Shown here one piece after another: positions 1-7,627 of a stretch of DNA of 24,049 bases. Both the position numbers and the translations under genes were made by a program. Under the pieces are notes generated by a model that was not told the origin of the DNA, searched no databases, and saw only the letters and a list, made by a program, of their open reading frames with translations. Origin of the DNA: a virus (Duplodnaviria; Caudoviricetes); the IMG/VR virus record IMGVR_UViG_3300035148_000244, positions 1 through 24,049 of that record, one strand, 5' to 3'. The number at the start of each line of letters is the position of its first letter. Position 1 is the first letter of the stretch.

Positions 1-132
1 AAAGGGGAGTAGTAAGACAAAAAGAGGTCTCCCCTATAAGGGTCGACGGGCGGTACGTAACCCGTTGTTGTGGCTTGCTGTGGTGTGTGGAGTGTTGTTT
101 CCGCACAACAGTCGTGTTGGCCGTGTGGGTTG

Positions 133-537
133 TCAAGGCTCGGTCTGCTCTTCTTCAGTCAGATCCGCTGTCTCGCTGTAGTACCCGTTGCTGGTGCCGT
201 ACCAGCGGATCTGTACGTGGCCCTTGCGCGTCGCGAAGTTGTAGTACGTCCAGGTGCAGGATTCCTGACTGCTGTAGTCGTCTTCCTTTTCTTCTTCGGG
301 GTTGGCCGGGGGCAGGTGCACCGCGTGATTGTTGGTCACCTCTTCCGCCTGGATGAGCGGGAGTCCGATCAGGTCTTGCAGGTCGCCGACCACATCTTCG
401 ATGTACACGGACTCGCAGCAGTCCTGCTTGTGTTCCATGCGCATGATGCGTCCGTCGTCCAGCCAGAACCTGATCAGATCGTCGCCGCGTTCTAGCCGGA
501 GGATGGTGCGTCCGATGAGGGAGTCGTAGGTGGCCAT
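133..537 (-). CDS. Conserved phage protein (DUF7448-like), 134 aa
   Basis: Motifs HKQDCCESVYIEDVVGDLQDLIG and TWTYYNFATRKGHVQIRWYGTSNGYYSE resemble a widespread phage family recognised from memory. Confidence 0.75.
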   Translation of the reverse strand: MATYDSLIGRTILRLERGDDLIRFWLDDGRIMRMEHKQDCCESVYIEDVVGDLQDLIGLPLIQAEEVTNNHAVHLPPANPEEEKEDDYSSQESCTWTYYNFATRKGHVQIRWYGTSNGYYSETADLTEEEQTEP

Positions 538-674
538 GGGCTGTCTCGCACGATGATGGTGAGTGACACTGCAGCGTCGCCCTCATCGCTCATCACAGAG
601 TGCGCTCGCTCAGCGAGTATTTCTGCCTGCTCTTGTGAGCAGCGGCCGCTGACACAGATGGTCAGGCTGGGCAT
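492..674 (-). CDS. Small hypothetical protein, ~60 aa (MPSLTICV...)
   Basis: The ATG at 674 overlaps the upstream stop (TAATG coupling) and the ORF fills the gap. It overlaps the downstream gene by 46 nt. Confidence 0.5.
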   Translation of the reverse strand: MPSLTICVSGRCSQEQAEILAERAHSVMSDEGDAAVSLTIIVRDSPWPPTTPSSDAPSSG

Positions 675-1150
675 TAGTAGGCTCCGTCGGTGGGTTGAAA
701 CACGGTGAAACCGCGAGAACGCCACATCTGCACGCAACGGTCGCGATCTTCGAAGACGATTACGTCGTTGAACAATCCTTTGGGCAGCCAGCTTGTGCGT
801 TCTGCCTTCACGATGTAGTCAGCGCGGTGATCGTCGTCCTTGCGCATGAGCAGCTTGTCGAACGTCAGGTTTCTGCTGAGATCAGCGCTGTACGGCCCCC
901 AACTGCAGTAGCGTTCCAGCCAGTCCATGGTGACGTCGCGATAGCGTTCGGGACGGCCGGTGACGACGTACGCGTTCGGGCTGTGCTGTGCGTAGAACGC
1001 GTTGATCATCTCGATGACCGGGTAGATGGGCTCATCGTCGCCCATCTGTTCGTAGAACGCGTTCCAGTCTTTGGGTGTCTTTTGGATGTGATGCAGGCGG
1101 TGCTCTGCGTTAGCCACCGTCCCATCGATGTCAATGATCAGGGTGTACAT
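674..1150 (-). CDS. HAD-superfamily phosphatase, T4 Pnkp C-terminal (3'-phosphatase) type, 158 aa
   Basis: Motif I DIDGT, motif II VTGR, LLMRKDDDHRADYIVK and motif IV FEDRDRCVQMW. Start re-assigned to the ATG at 1150 (MYTLIIDIDGT). Confidence 0.85.
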   Translation of the reverse strand: MYTLIIDIDGTVANAEHRLHHIQKTPKDWNAFYEQMGDDEPIYPVIEMINAFYAQHSPNAYVVTGRPERYRDVTMDWLERYCSWGPYSADLSRNLTFDKLLMRKDDDHRADYIVKAERTSWLPKGLFNDVIVFEDRDRCVQMWRSRGFTVFQPTDGAY

Positions 1151-1183
1151 GATTAGGTCCCATGGTGGTCCTGGTCGTAGTGA

Positions 1184-1211
1184 ATTCGGCCTGGGTTGCC
1201 CCAGGCCGAAT
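1184..1211 (-). terminator. 12-bp perfect hairpin with a GCAA (GNRA) loop on the minus strand; terminator or stabiliser
   Basis: attcggcctggg-ttgc-cccaggccgaat lies in the 1151-1259 intergenic gap. There is no real U-tract. Confidence 0.55.
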
Positions 1212-1259
1212 GAGTGGTAGTGGCCGGTTTCTGGTTCGGGCACCGGCCGGCCCGTACGT

Positions 1260-2348
1260 CTAGCTCGGGATGTCGTCGGCCATGTCCGCAATGCCGGACT
1301 CGGTCGACTCGATCTTGCTGGGCTTGTACGCCCCGCCGAGCTTGGTCAGCGTCGCCGCCATGGCCACGGTGCTGTCACCGCGGGTGGTGAACGGGTGCGC
1401 CGTCATGAAGGCCGCTACGATGCTCTTGGCGTGTTCGGCGTCCTTCATTTGCTCTTCCTGCAGCGTTTTCCAGTCGCTGCCGGGCCGGGCGGTGATGACC
1501 TGGTTGAACGCCTTTTCGATGGCGACGCCCAGGTTGTTGTTCACCTTGTCGATCACGATCTCCCGTTCGGCCAGGTCGAGGGCCATCCAGTCGTCTTCGT
1601 CGTACTGGCCGCTTTCCAGGCTGTCAGCTTCCGCCAGGATGTCCTGGTAGATGGACATCAGTTGGCGTTGCTGGCGCTGGGCTTCCTGCCGTGCAGCCTG
1701 TTCACCGGCTTCGGCCGTGCGCTTGAATGCGACGGCTTCGTTCCGGGCCGCCTGGAGTGCGGCTTCGGTCGGCTTGCCCGACCGTTCGACGAGGCCCTGC
1801 AGTGCGAGCTCGATCCCCATCGGGTACCGACGGAGTTCCTTGACGTCCACGCCCGGGGGGCGGCGGAACAGGATGATCTTCGGGTCAGGCAGGTCGGTGA
1901 AGGCTGCCATGCGGTCGTACGCCCAGAGGCGCAGACCGTTCAGGATCTCGGCCGCTTGCAAGTGCGACATGCGGACGTCAAAGCCGGAGGCGTGCGTCAG
2001 GTAGTCCTTCAGCTCCGTGCCGCGCTCGGCCTCGTCCTGAGCGTTGCGCTCGTCGAGGGTTTTGCCTTCCGACAGGTTGCGGAAGTAGTCGCGGTCCTTG
2101 TCCGCCAGTTTGCCGGCGTCGCGCATGATGCAGTGCCACTGCAGGTGCGTGACGATGCGGCCGGTGAGGGCGTTCATCAGCTTGGTGTACAGGATGCTCG
2201 CCGAGCCCGAAGTGATGTTTTCCTGCGCTTCGATGAAGCTCAGGAAGTTCGGGGTCACCGGGTTGCTGACTTCCGGCGCCGAGTCGGCTTTGGCCGTTTC
2301 GAAGTTCATCGATCCAGCCGGCAGGATGTGCGTGCGTTTCTGGTTCAT
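1260..2348 (-). CDS. Hypothetical, largely helical protein, 362 aa
   Basis: Long ORF with GC3-biased codons. A GAGGA SD precedes the ATG at 2348 (MNQKRTH), which overlaps the upstream stop (ATGA). Confidence 0.8.
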   Translation of the reverse strand: MNQKRTHILPAGSMNFETAKADSAPEVSNPVTPNFLSFIEAQENITSGSASILYTKLMNALTGRIVTHLQWHCIMRDAGKLADKDRDYFRNLSEGKTLDERNAQDEAERGTELKDYLTHASGFDVRMSHLQAAEILNGLRLWAYDRMAAFTDLPDPKIILFRRPPGVDVKELRRYPMGIELALQGLVERSGKPTEAALQAARNEAVAFKRTAEAGEQAARQEAQRQQRQLMSIYQDILAEADSLESGQYDEDDWMALDLAEREIVIDKVNNNLGVAIEKAFNQVITARPGSDWKTLQEEQMKDAEHAKSIVAAFMTAHPFTTRGDSTVAMAATLTKLGGAYKPSKIESTESGIADMADDIPS

Positions 2349-2530
2349 GACAGGTCCTCGATGTTCAAGGTGTATGCAATAAGGATGTACACGTCGTCGG
2401 GGTGCAAGCCCTCGTCGGTGAATTGCTTCTTGTGTTCCTCCAGAAATGCGCACCGTTCTTCCGGTGTGCAGAGTTCGAGCGGGACGGGATTGCCCTGCTC
2501 GTCATAGCCCGTGGGTGTGTCAGGTTCCAT
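2345..2530 (-). CDS. Small acidic hypothetical protein, 61 aa (MEPDTPTG...); alternative start at 2593
   Basis: GGAG SD 6 nt before the ATG at 2530; stop is coupled to the next gene. Confidence 0.6.
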   Translation of the reverse strand: MEPDTPTGYDEQGNPVPLELCTPEERCAFLEEHKKQFTDEGLHPDDVYILIAYTLNIEDLS

Positions 2531-2592
2531 AGGCTTCTCCAGTACGGGCCTGGCGGTATGCCAAGCCCGTAGTTGAGATCCGTTGCGCGCCA

Positions 2593-2895
2593 TCAGGCGC
2601 GCAGGAACATGTCCATCATCAAGCGCTGCACGTCGATGATGTGCACGGGCAGTGCGGAGCCGCCCTTCGCCTTGCTGAAGCACTTGGCGAATTTGTCGAC
2701 GTCTCCGTTGACCATGTGGATGTTGAGCACGTTGTGCCCTTTGAGGTCGTGAAGAGCGCCCTTGTACTGCAGCTTGTTGCCGTTGGCCTTCTTCGGTTTT
2801 TCGAACTTGGCCCAGTAGGCCTTGTTGCGCTTGGTGTACTTCTTGGTACTGGTGGTGGCGGTCGCTTTGACGCTGACCCTGAGAGTGCGAGGCAT
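2593..2895 (-). CDS. Lys-rich basic protein, 100 aa (MPRTLRVS...)
   Basis: GGAG SD before the ATG at 2895; codons are strongly AAG-rich. Confidence 0.7.
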   Translation of the reverse strand: MPRTLRVSVKATATTSTKKYTKRNKAYWAKFEKPKKANGNKLQYKGALHDLKGHNVLNIHMVNGDVDKFAKCFSKAKGGSALPVHIIDVQRLMMDMFLRA

Positions 2896-2915
2896 GTGTG
2901 ATCTCCGATCTGAGA

Positions 2916-3149
2916 TTAGAGGGGTTTGGGTGTGGGGTAGTGCTCCTGGTAGTGCGATGTGGTCTCCACCCGGTAGACCTTGTACTCCTTGGTGGACAAA
3001 CCGCGCAGCACAGGCCAGAGGAAAGCCAGGATGTACGAATCTTGGCGTGGGCTGCAAGGTACGAGTTGGCCGTCTCCCCGTTGGGAGACAGCAACGTAGA
3101 TGTCCCCGTCCGGTAGAGCGGGGTCTTGGAAGGCGGGATGTGTGCTCAT
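2916..3149 (-). CDS. Hypothetical protein, 77 aa
   Basis: AGGAG SD; ATGA overlap with the upstream gene. Confidence 0.6.
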   Translation of the reverse strand: MSTHPAFQDPALPDGDIYVAVSQRGDGQLVPCSPRQDSYILAFLWPVLRGLSTKEYKVYRVETTSHYQEHYPTPKPL

Positions 3150-3247
3150 TTACGTTTCTCCTTCCTGTCGCGGTACATGAAAAGCAGTGCCGCCATCAGT
3201 CCTTCGACGACGTGCACTGCGATCACGAGCATGATGGGTGGGTTCAT
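3146..3247 (-). CDS. 33-aa single-TM peptide with basic tail (MNPPIMLVIAVHVVEGLMAALLFMYRDRKEKRK)
   Basis: ATGA coupling at both ends; it exactly fills the gap. Confidence 0.55.
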   Translation of the reverse strand: MNPPIMLVIAVHVVEGLMAALLFMYRDRKEKRK

Positions 3248-3531
3248 GCGTATTGTGCCCAGTTGGCCATGTGGCCTGGGTAGTACACGCCGTTGCGTGT
3301 GTACCCGACGGCCCATCGCATGAGGCTGGTGAGGGCGCTGAGCATCAGGCCGGCTACGGCAGCGGCCATGACGCCTGAGAATGTGCCCCAATGGAGCACG
3401 TAGGCGACAACTGAGCCTGTGATATCAACGGCCAGTGGGTAGCCCAGCATTTTCAGCAGGGTCTTGCGTTTCATCTTGGCGACGATGAATACGAAGCCCA
3501 GCAGGATGATGATTCCGGATTCGATGATCAT
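3244..3531 (-). CDS. Membrane protein, 95 aa (2-3 TM)
   Basis: Hydrophobic segments and LHWGTFSGVMAAAVAGL; start overlaps the upstream stop. Confidence 0.75.
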   Translation of the reverse strand: MIIESGIIILLGFVFIVAKMKRKTLLKMLGYPLAVDITGSVVAYVLHWGTFSGVMAAAVAGLMLSALTSLMRWAVGYTRNGVYYPGHMANWAQYA

Positions 3532-3866
3532 CAGACTCTCCGAGTGAGTTCAGTGGATTTGATGCCCGAGTTGTCCTTGGGCATGTTCAGTGCGCAGAGC
3601 TTGGCGATGCCCTGCATCGTGTAGTCGTATCCGCGGATGGAGGCGTGTGCGATTTCCAGCCGCTGGGTGAGTTGGGCGATGTTGGCATTGAGGGTCTTGT
3701 TCGTGTCCAGTTGCTTGGCCACGATGGCGCGCAGGGATTCCAGTGCGCCTTGAGTGCCCGTTAGGGTGGCACGGGTGGCATTGAGCTCAGCCCGTGTGTC
3801 TTCAAGAATGCGTTCCTGAAGTTCATATTCGGTGCGAGAGACGAATGGCAGTTTGACGTTTTTCAT
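3531..3866 (-). CDS. Coiled-coil hypothetical protein, 111 aa (MKNVKLPF...)
   Basis: Heptad-like Leu pattern; ATG at 3866 follows an A/C-rich leader. Confidence 0.65.
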   Translation of the reverse strand: MKNVKLPFVSRTEYELQERILEDTRAELNATRATLTGTQGALESLRAIVAKQLDTNKTLNANIAQLTQRLEIAHASIRGYDYTMQGIAKLCALNMPKDNSGIKSTELTRRV

Positions 3867-3925
3867 GGTTGGTCCCGAGTTTGTTGAGTTGAGTTGATGT
3901 CCCATAGTTGCCCTGGCGCTGGTTT

Positions 3926-3949
3926 GGGTGGGGGCCGTAGCCCCCTCCC
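3926..3949 (-). promoter_or_regulatory. GC hairpin with c(UACG)g tetraloop on the minus strand
   Basis: The minus strand reads gggagggggc-tacg-gcccccaccc; it is intergenic and has no U-tract. Confidence 0.5.
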
Positions 3950-3958
3950 TGCAGTGCG

Positions 3959-4279
3959 CTACTGCTTCGCAGCGGCGTAGGCCGCTTCTTTCTGCGCCGG
4001 GTCGATCCCGATGCAGTGTTTGAGGTAGGCGATCCGTGCGGGGAACGCCTCGATGGTGCGGAGCTTCGCCACGACGCGGGCGAACTTGTCCGCATCCCAG
4101 CGCTTGTACGTGGGAGCGGGGGTCGGAGCCGGCGTGGCCGGCGGGGTGGGCGCCTTGGCGGCAGCGAGGACTGCGTCGAGGCGTGCGCCGAAGTCGGCGA
4201 GTGCGACGCGCTGGGTTTCGCACAGGGTGAGGGCGGCGTCGATCTTGGCGAGGAGGGCGGCAGTTTCAGACTTGGTCAT
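3959..4279 (-). CDS. Hypothetical protein, 106 aa, two helical parts joined by a Pro/Ala/Thr linker
   Basis: AGGAG SD; linker APTPPATPAPTPAPT. Confidence 0.75.
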   Translation of the reverse strand: MTKSETAALLAKIDAALTLCETQRVALADFGARLDAVLAAAKAPTPPATPAPTPAPTYKRWDADKFARVVAKLRTIEAFPARIAYLKHCIGIDPAQKEAAYAAAKQ

Positions 4280-4324
4280 GGTGTTGCTCCTAAATGTGAG
4301 ACGGATTGGAACGGAGGGGGACTT

Positions 4325-4633
4325 CTAGTACGACACGTGATGCGCAGCGCGAATGGACTCGGCGACTGTGCGGATGGCCTTGCGGGCCGTGGGGATATGC
4401 GTCGGGTCGAGTCCGCGGTCGCGGAGCTCAAGGACGCCGAGCAAGTGGCAGAAGGCCAGTACGAAGCCAACTACGATAGCGAGCCAGCCAACGCCGAGCA
4501 GCCCGAAGGTGATGCTGAGGTAGGCGTTGAACGCAAGCCAGCCGTGGACGACGTCCACGAAGATCTGGATAGCGGACTCGGTGGAGGTGGCGACCGGGGC
4601 GCTCGAAGCGCGCAGAAAGCGGATGTTGTCCAT
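4325..4633 (-). CDS. Membrane protein, 102 aa, first gene of the leftward operon (MDNIRFL...)
   Basis: AGGAG SD before the ATG at 4633; two hydrophobic segments. Confidence 0.65.
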   Translation of the reverse strand: MDNIRFLRASSAPVATSTESAIQIFVDVVHGWLAFNAYLSITFGLLGVGWLAIVVGFVLAFCHLLGVLELRDRGLDPTHIPTARKAIRTVAESIRAAHHVSY

Positions 4634-4910
4634 CGAAGCTCCTAGGGTTGCGGGCTGCGCGGGATGCTCAGCCACGCAGGAGCTTTCCGTTGCGCGCCTT
4701 CAGGCGCGCGGGGCCACGAAGCTGAGAGCCTCGAACTCGGGACGGGGTGGGACTCCGAATCCGAAGTGGGGTGCCCGGTTCGGAGGTAGTGGGGGAGTGG
4801 AGTTGAGGCGAACAAAGACCAATTTCTATGGCCGCGGAGTACTGTACCTTTATGGCATGGGCAGTTCTGTTGCACGCACAGACCCTTGATTTGTAGGACA
4901 ATCGCGCCTC

Positions 4911-5423
4911 ATGGGTCGATCAGTCATCATCCCCGACAAAACGTACAGCGCGCCGCTCACTGCTCAGCAGAAGAAGCTCGCCACGTACGTCGGCCGCGGC
5001 ATGAACTGGGGACAAGCTGCGCTAAAAGCCGGCTACGCCAGCGAACAGACGGCCTACACCCTCAACAAGGACCCCCGCGTGCTTGCACTCGTCGCTGAAG
5101 AGCAGAAGAAGCACGAAGCCGTCGTGAACATGTCCCGCGAGAAGGTCATGAACGGCTTCCTGGAGGCAGTGGAAATCGCCCGGCTACAGGCCGAGCCGGC
5201 CACGATGGTCAAGGCATGGTCCGAAGTGGCCCGGATGTGCGGCTACTACGCCCCGGAGACGCGCAAGATCGACATCTCCATCTCGGCCAAGCGCCTGGTC
5301 GACAAGTTCGAGACCATGAGTGACGAGGAGCTGCTCAAGTATGCCGAAAAAGACATCATCGACGTCGAAGCGAAGCTCCTCGAAGCGCCCGAAAGTGAAG
5401 CTGCGGGACCTGCCGCAGAGTAA
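4911..5423 (+). CDS. terS: Terminase small subunit
   Basis: N-terminal HTH LTAQQKKLATY...QAALKAGYA, central oligomerisation helices, and position directly before TerL. Confidence 0.85.
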   Translation: MGRSVIIPDKTYSAPLTAQQKKLATYVGRGMNWGQAALKAGYASEQTAYTLNKDPRVLALVAEEQKKHEAVVNMSREKVMNGFLEAVEIARLQAEPATMVKAWSEVARMCGYYAPETRKIDISISAKRLVDKFETMSDEELLKYAEKDIIDVEAKLLEAPESEAAGPAAE

Positions 5424-7335
5424 AAACTGCGTCGTCTGCAGCACGGAATTCGTTCGAAAGCCCTATCACACGGTCGAAAAGTGGGAAAAAGCGCAATTTT
5501 GCTCGCCAAAGTGCCGTGGAGAGCACACCAAGGCGCAAAACGCGAGGCCAGAGCCACGAAACTGCCCCAACTGCGGCCAGGAGTTCACTCCGAACCCCAA
5601 ACTGCGCCTGAAAGACCAGCACGCAGCGCGATTTTGCTCACGCGAGTGCCACCAAACGTACGTTCCACCCCCTGAAGAGAAGGCCGCGACGAACGAGAAG
5701 AAGCGCGCGGCCTCACTCCAGACCAGAAACGCCTACGGCCTCCCTCCGGAGGCCATGCACGACCCGAAATTCGCCGTCGTAGTCAGTGAGATGGCCTCGC
5801 GCGTGCTCGCGCGGCGCTCACTGCTGCAGTTCACGAAGAAAACGCACCCCAGCTACCAGGCCGGCTGGGTCCACGACGACATCTGCAGGCGCCTGCAGCG
5901 CTTTTCACAGCAGGTGCGCGAGCGCAAGAGCCCGCGGCTCATGCTGCTCATGCCTCCGCGGCACGGGAAGAGCGAACTGGCGTCCATCCGCTTCCCGGCG
6001 TGGCACCTGGGGCATGCTCCGCAGCACGAGATCATCAACGTCGGGTACAACCTCGACCTCCCCATGCGCTTTTCGCGTAAGGTGAGGGAGATCCTGCGCG
6101 ATCCGATCTACCGGGCCATGTTCCCGAACACGATTCTCGATCCGGACAGCCAGGGCGCGGAAGCGTGGAACACCACCATGGGTGGCGGCTTCCAGGCGGC
6201 CGGCGTAGGTGGCGGTATCACGGGGAAGGGCGCTCACATCCTCCTGGTGGACGACCCGATCAAGAACATGCAGGAGGCCGACTCTGCTGTCATTCGGGAC
6301 ACGCTATGGGACTGGTACCTCTCTACCGCCTACACGCGCTTGGCGCCTGGTGGTGGCGTACTCGTGATCGAGACCTGGTGGAACGACGACGATTTGGCTG
6401 GGAGGATCCAGCGGGCCATGGAGTCGGACCCGGAGGCAGACCAGTTCGAGATGGTCAAGTACCCAGCCCTGGCGGAGACGTTCGAGTACCGGCACAAGGA
6501 AAGCCTGGAGATCATTCGCCTACCTGAGGCGGTGTCGCCCGGGGAGGAGTACGAGCTCCTGCGCGAGCCGGACCAGGCCCTGCACTCGGACCGGTACGAC
6601 GAGGTTGCGCTGCGGCGCATCCGGGCCAACCAGGAGCCTCGCATCTGGTCTGCGCTGTACCAACAAAACCCTATTCCCGACGAGGGCTTGTATTTCAAGC
6701 GCGAATACTTCCGTTCTGCGGCGACCATGCCTGAGGCAGTGGGCCTGAACATCTACACCGCCTGGGACTTCGCCATTGGGCAGAAGCAGCAGAACGACTA
6801 CACGGTGGGCGTGACGATCATCCAGGACCACGACGACCACCTGTACGTCGCGGACGTGGTCCGGTTCAAGGGCGACAGCTTCACCATCGTCGAGAGCATG
6901 CTCGACACGGCGTCGCGGTGGTCAACACTGCGCGGCAACTCGTATGTGATCGGCGCAGAGGACGGACAGATCTGGAAATCCATCGAACCTCTCCTGCGAA
7001 AACGCATGCAGGAGCGCAAGATTTTCCCGCCGTATGAGATACTTAGGCCGCTTTCGGACAAGATGGCACGCGCTCGTGCGTTGCAAGGCCGCATGCAGCA
7101 AGGCCGTGTCTTCTTTCCGGAGAAAGCGCCATGGCGGGCCGACACTGAGCACGAGCTGCTGCGGTTCCCGGGCGGTGTGCACGACGACATTGTGGACGCT
7201 ATGGCATGGGCAGTGAACCTGGTGGTGGGCAAGGCGGCGCCGCGGAAACCCGAACAGAAACCCATGAAGTCCTGGAAAGACCAGTTGGACGGGCTGGTGC
7301 GTATCGGTGGCCTGGCCAGCCATATGACGGCCTGA
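5341..7335 (+). CDS. terL: Terminase large subunit with N-terminal double zinc-ribbon extension
   Basis: Walker A MPPRHGKS, GITGKGA, Walker B LLVDD, TWWNDDDLAGR, and RNase H-like AWDFA/NDYTVG/HDDIVDA. Start placed at ATG 5341 after GAGGAG; the frame is open from GTG 5320. Confidence 0.93.
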   Translation: MPKKTSSTSKRSSSKRPKVKLRDLPQSKNCVVCSTEFVRKPYHTVEKWEKAQFCSPKCRGEHTKAQNARPEPRNCPNCGQEFTPNPKLRLKDQHAARFCSRECHQTYVPPPEEKAATNEKKRAASLQTRNAYGLPPEAMHDPKFAVVVSEMASRVLARRSLLQFTKKTHPSYQAGWVHDDICRRLQRFSQQVRERKSPRLMLLMPPRHGKSELASIRFPAWHLGHAPQHEIINVGYNLDLPMRFSRKVREILRDPIYRAMFPNTILDPDSQGAEAWNTTMGGGFQAAGVGGGITGKGAHILLVDDPIKNMQEADSAVIRDTLWDWYLSTAYTRLAPGGGVLVIETWWNDDDLAGRIQRAMESDPEADQFEMVKYPALAETFEYRHKESLEIIRLPEAVSPGEEYELLREPDQALHSDRYDEVALRRIRANQEPRIWSALYQQNPIPDEGLYFKREYFRSAATMPEAVGLNIYTAWDFAIGQKQQNDYTVGVTIIQDHDDHLYVADVVRFKGDSFTIVESMLDTASRWSTLRGNSYVIGAEDGQIWKSIEPLLRKRMQERKIFPPYEILRPLSDKMARARALQGRMQQGRVFFPEKAPWRADTEHELLRFPGGVHDDIVDAMAWAVNLVVGKAAPRKPEQKPMKSWKDQLDGLVRIGGLASHMTA

Positions 7336-7340
7336 CAGAC

Positions 7341-7475
7341 ATGGCCGCGTCCGCGCGCTGCAGGCTGTTTGGTCACGATTTGATAGCGCACATGGCCCCA
7401 GAACCGGCCGGAACGGCCCTGGAAGCCTTCTGTTTGGAGTGCGGGGCCCGGAGACGCGACCGGGACGTTTCGTAA
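7341..7475 (+). CDS. 44-aa putative Zn-binding peptide (CRLFGH...CLECG; DUF1660-like)
   Basis: ATG shortly after the terL stop; C-x-x-F-G-H...CxxC pattern. Confidence 0.5.
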   Translation: MAASARCRLFGHDLIAHMAPEPAGTALEAFCLECGARRRDRDVS

Positions 7476-7533
7476 CTTCGTAACTCTATCCCTTGTAAGC
7501 CTTTGATTTATATAGAGTTAAGAAGTTACGAAA
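7468..7533. repeat. 22-bp inverted repeat (21/22 match) with a 22-nt spacer containing an IHF consensus
   Basis: tttcgtaacttcgtaactctat (7468-7489) and atagagttaagaagttacgaaa (7512-7533). taagcctttgatt (7496-7508) matches YAANNNNTTGATW. Confidence 0.85.
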
Positions 7534-7627
7534 TATGAGTACGTAAGAAGGTATAGAAATAGGCCGTAAGGGTAAAAAAGAGGGTCCTTGTAGTAGAGGT
7601 GGATCGACATGATCGTAACGGTGAGCA

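Noticed and set aside
1216-4791. Repeated GGTAGTG heptamer (1216, 2936, 2948, 4785)
   Set aside because: Two copies are simply His-Tyr codons inside a gene; the motif is too short to distinguish from chance.
5320-5423. Programmed frameshift fusing TerS to TerL at gccgaaaaagac
   Set aside because: TerL is in the +1 frame, while the A-run would suit a -1 slip. TerL also has its own SD and ATG at 5341.
6466-6600. Possible intein or intron in terL
   Set aside because: Only a short loop insertion is present; there are no intein splice motifs and the frame is uninterrupted.
7468-7533. XerCD dif site, CRISPR repeat or IS end
   Set aside because: The 22-nt spacer does not fit the 11-6-11 dif layout, there is no repeat-spacer array, and there is no transposase or target duplication.
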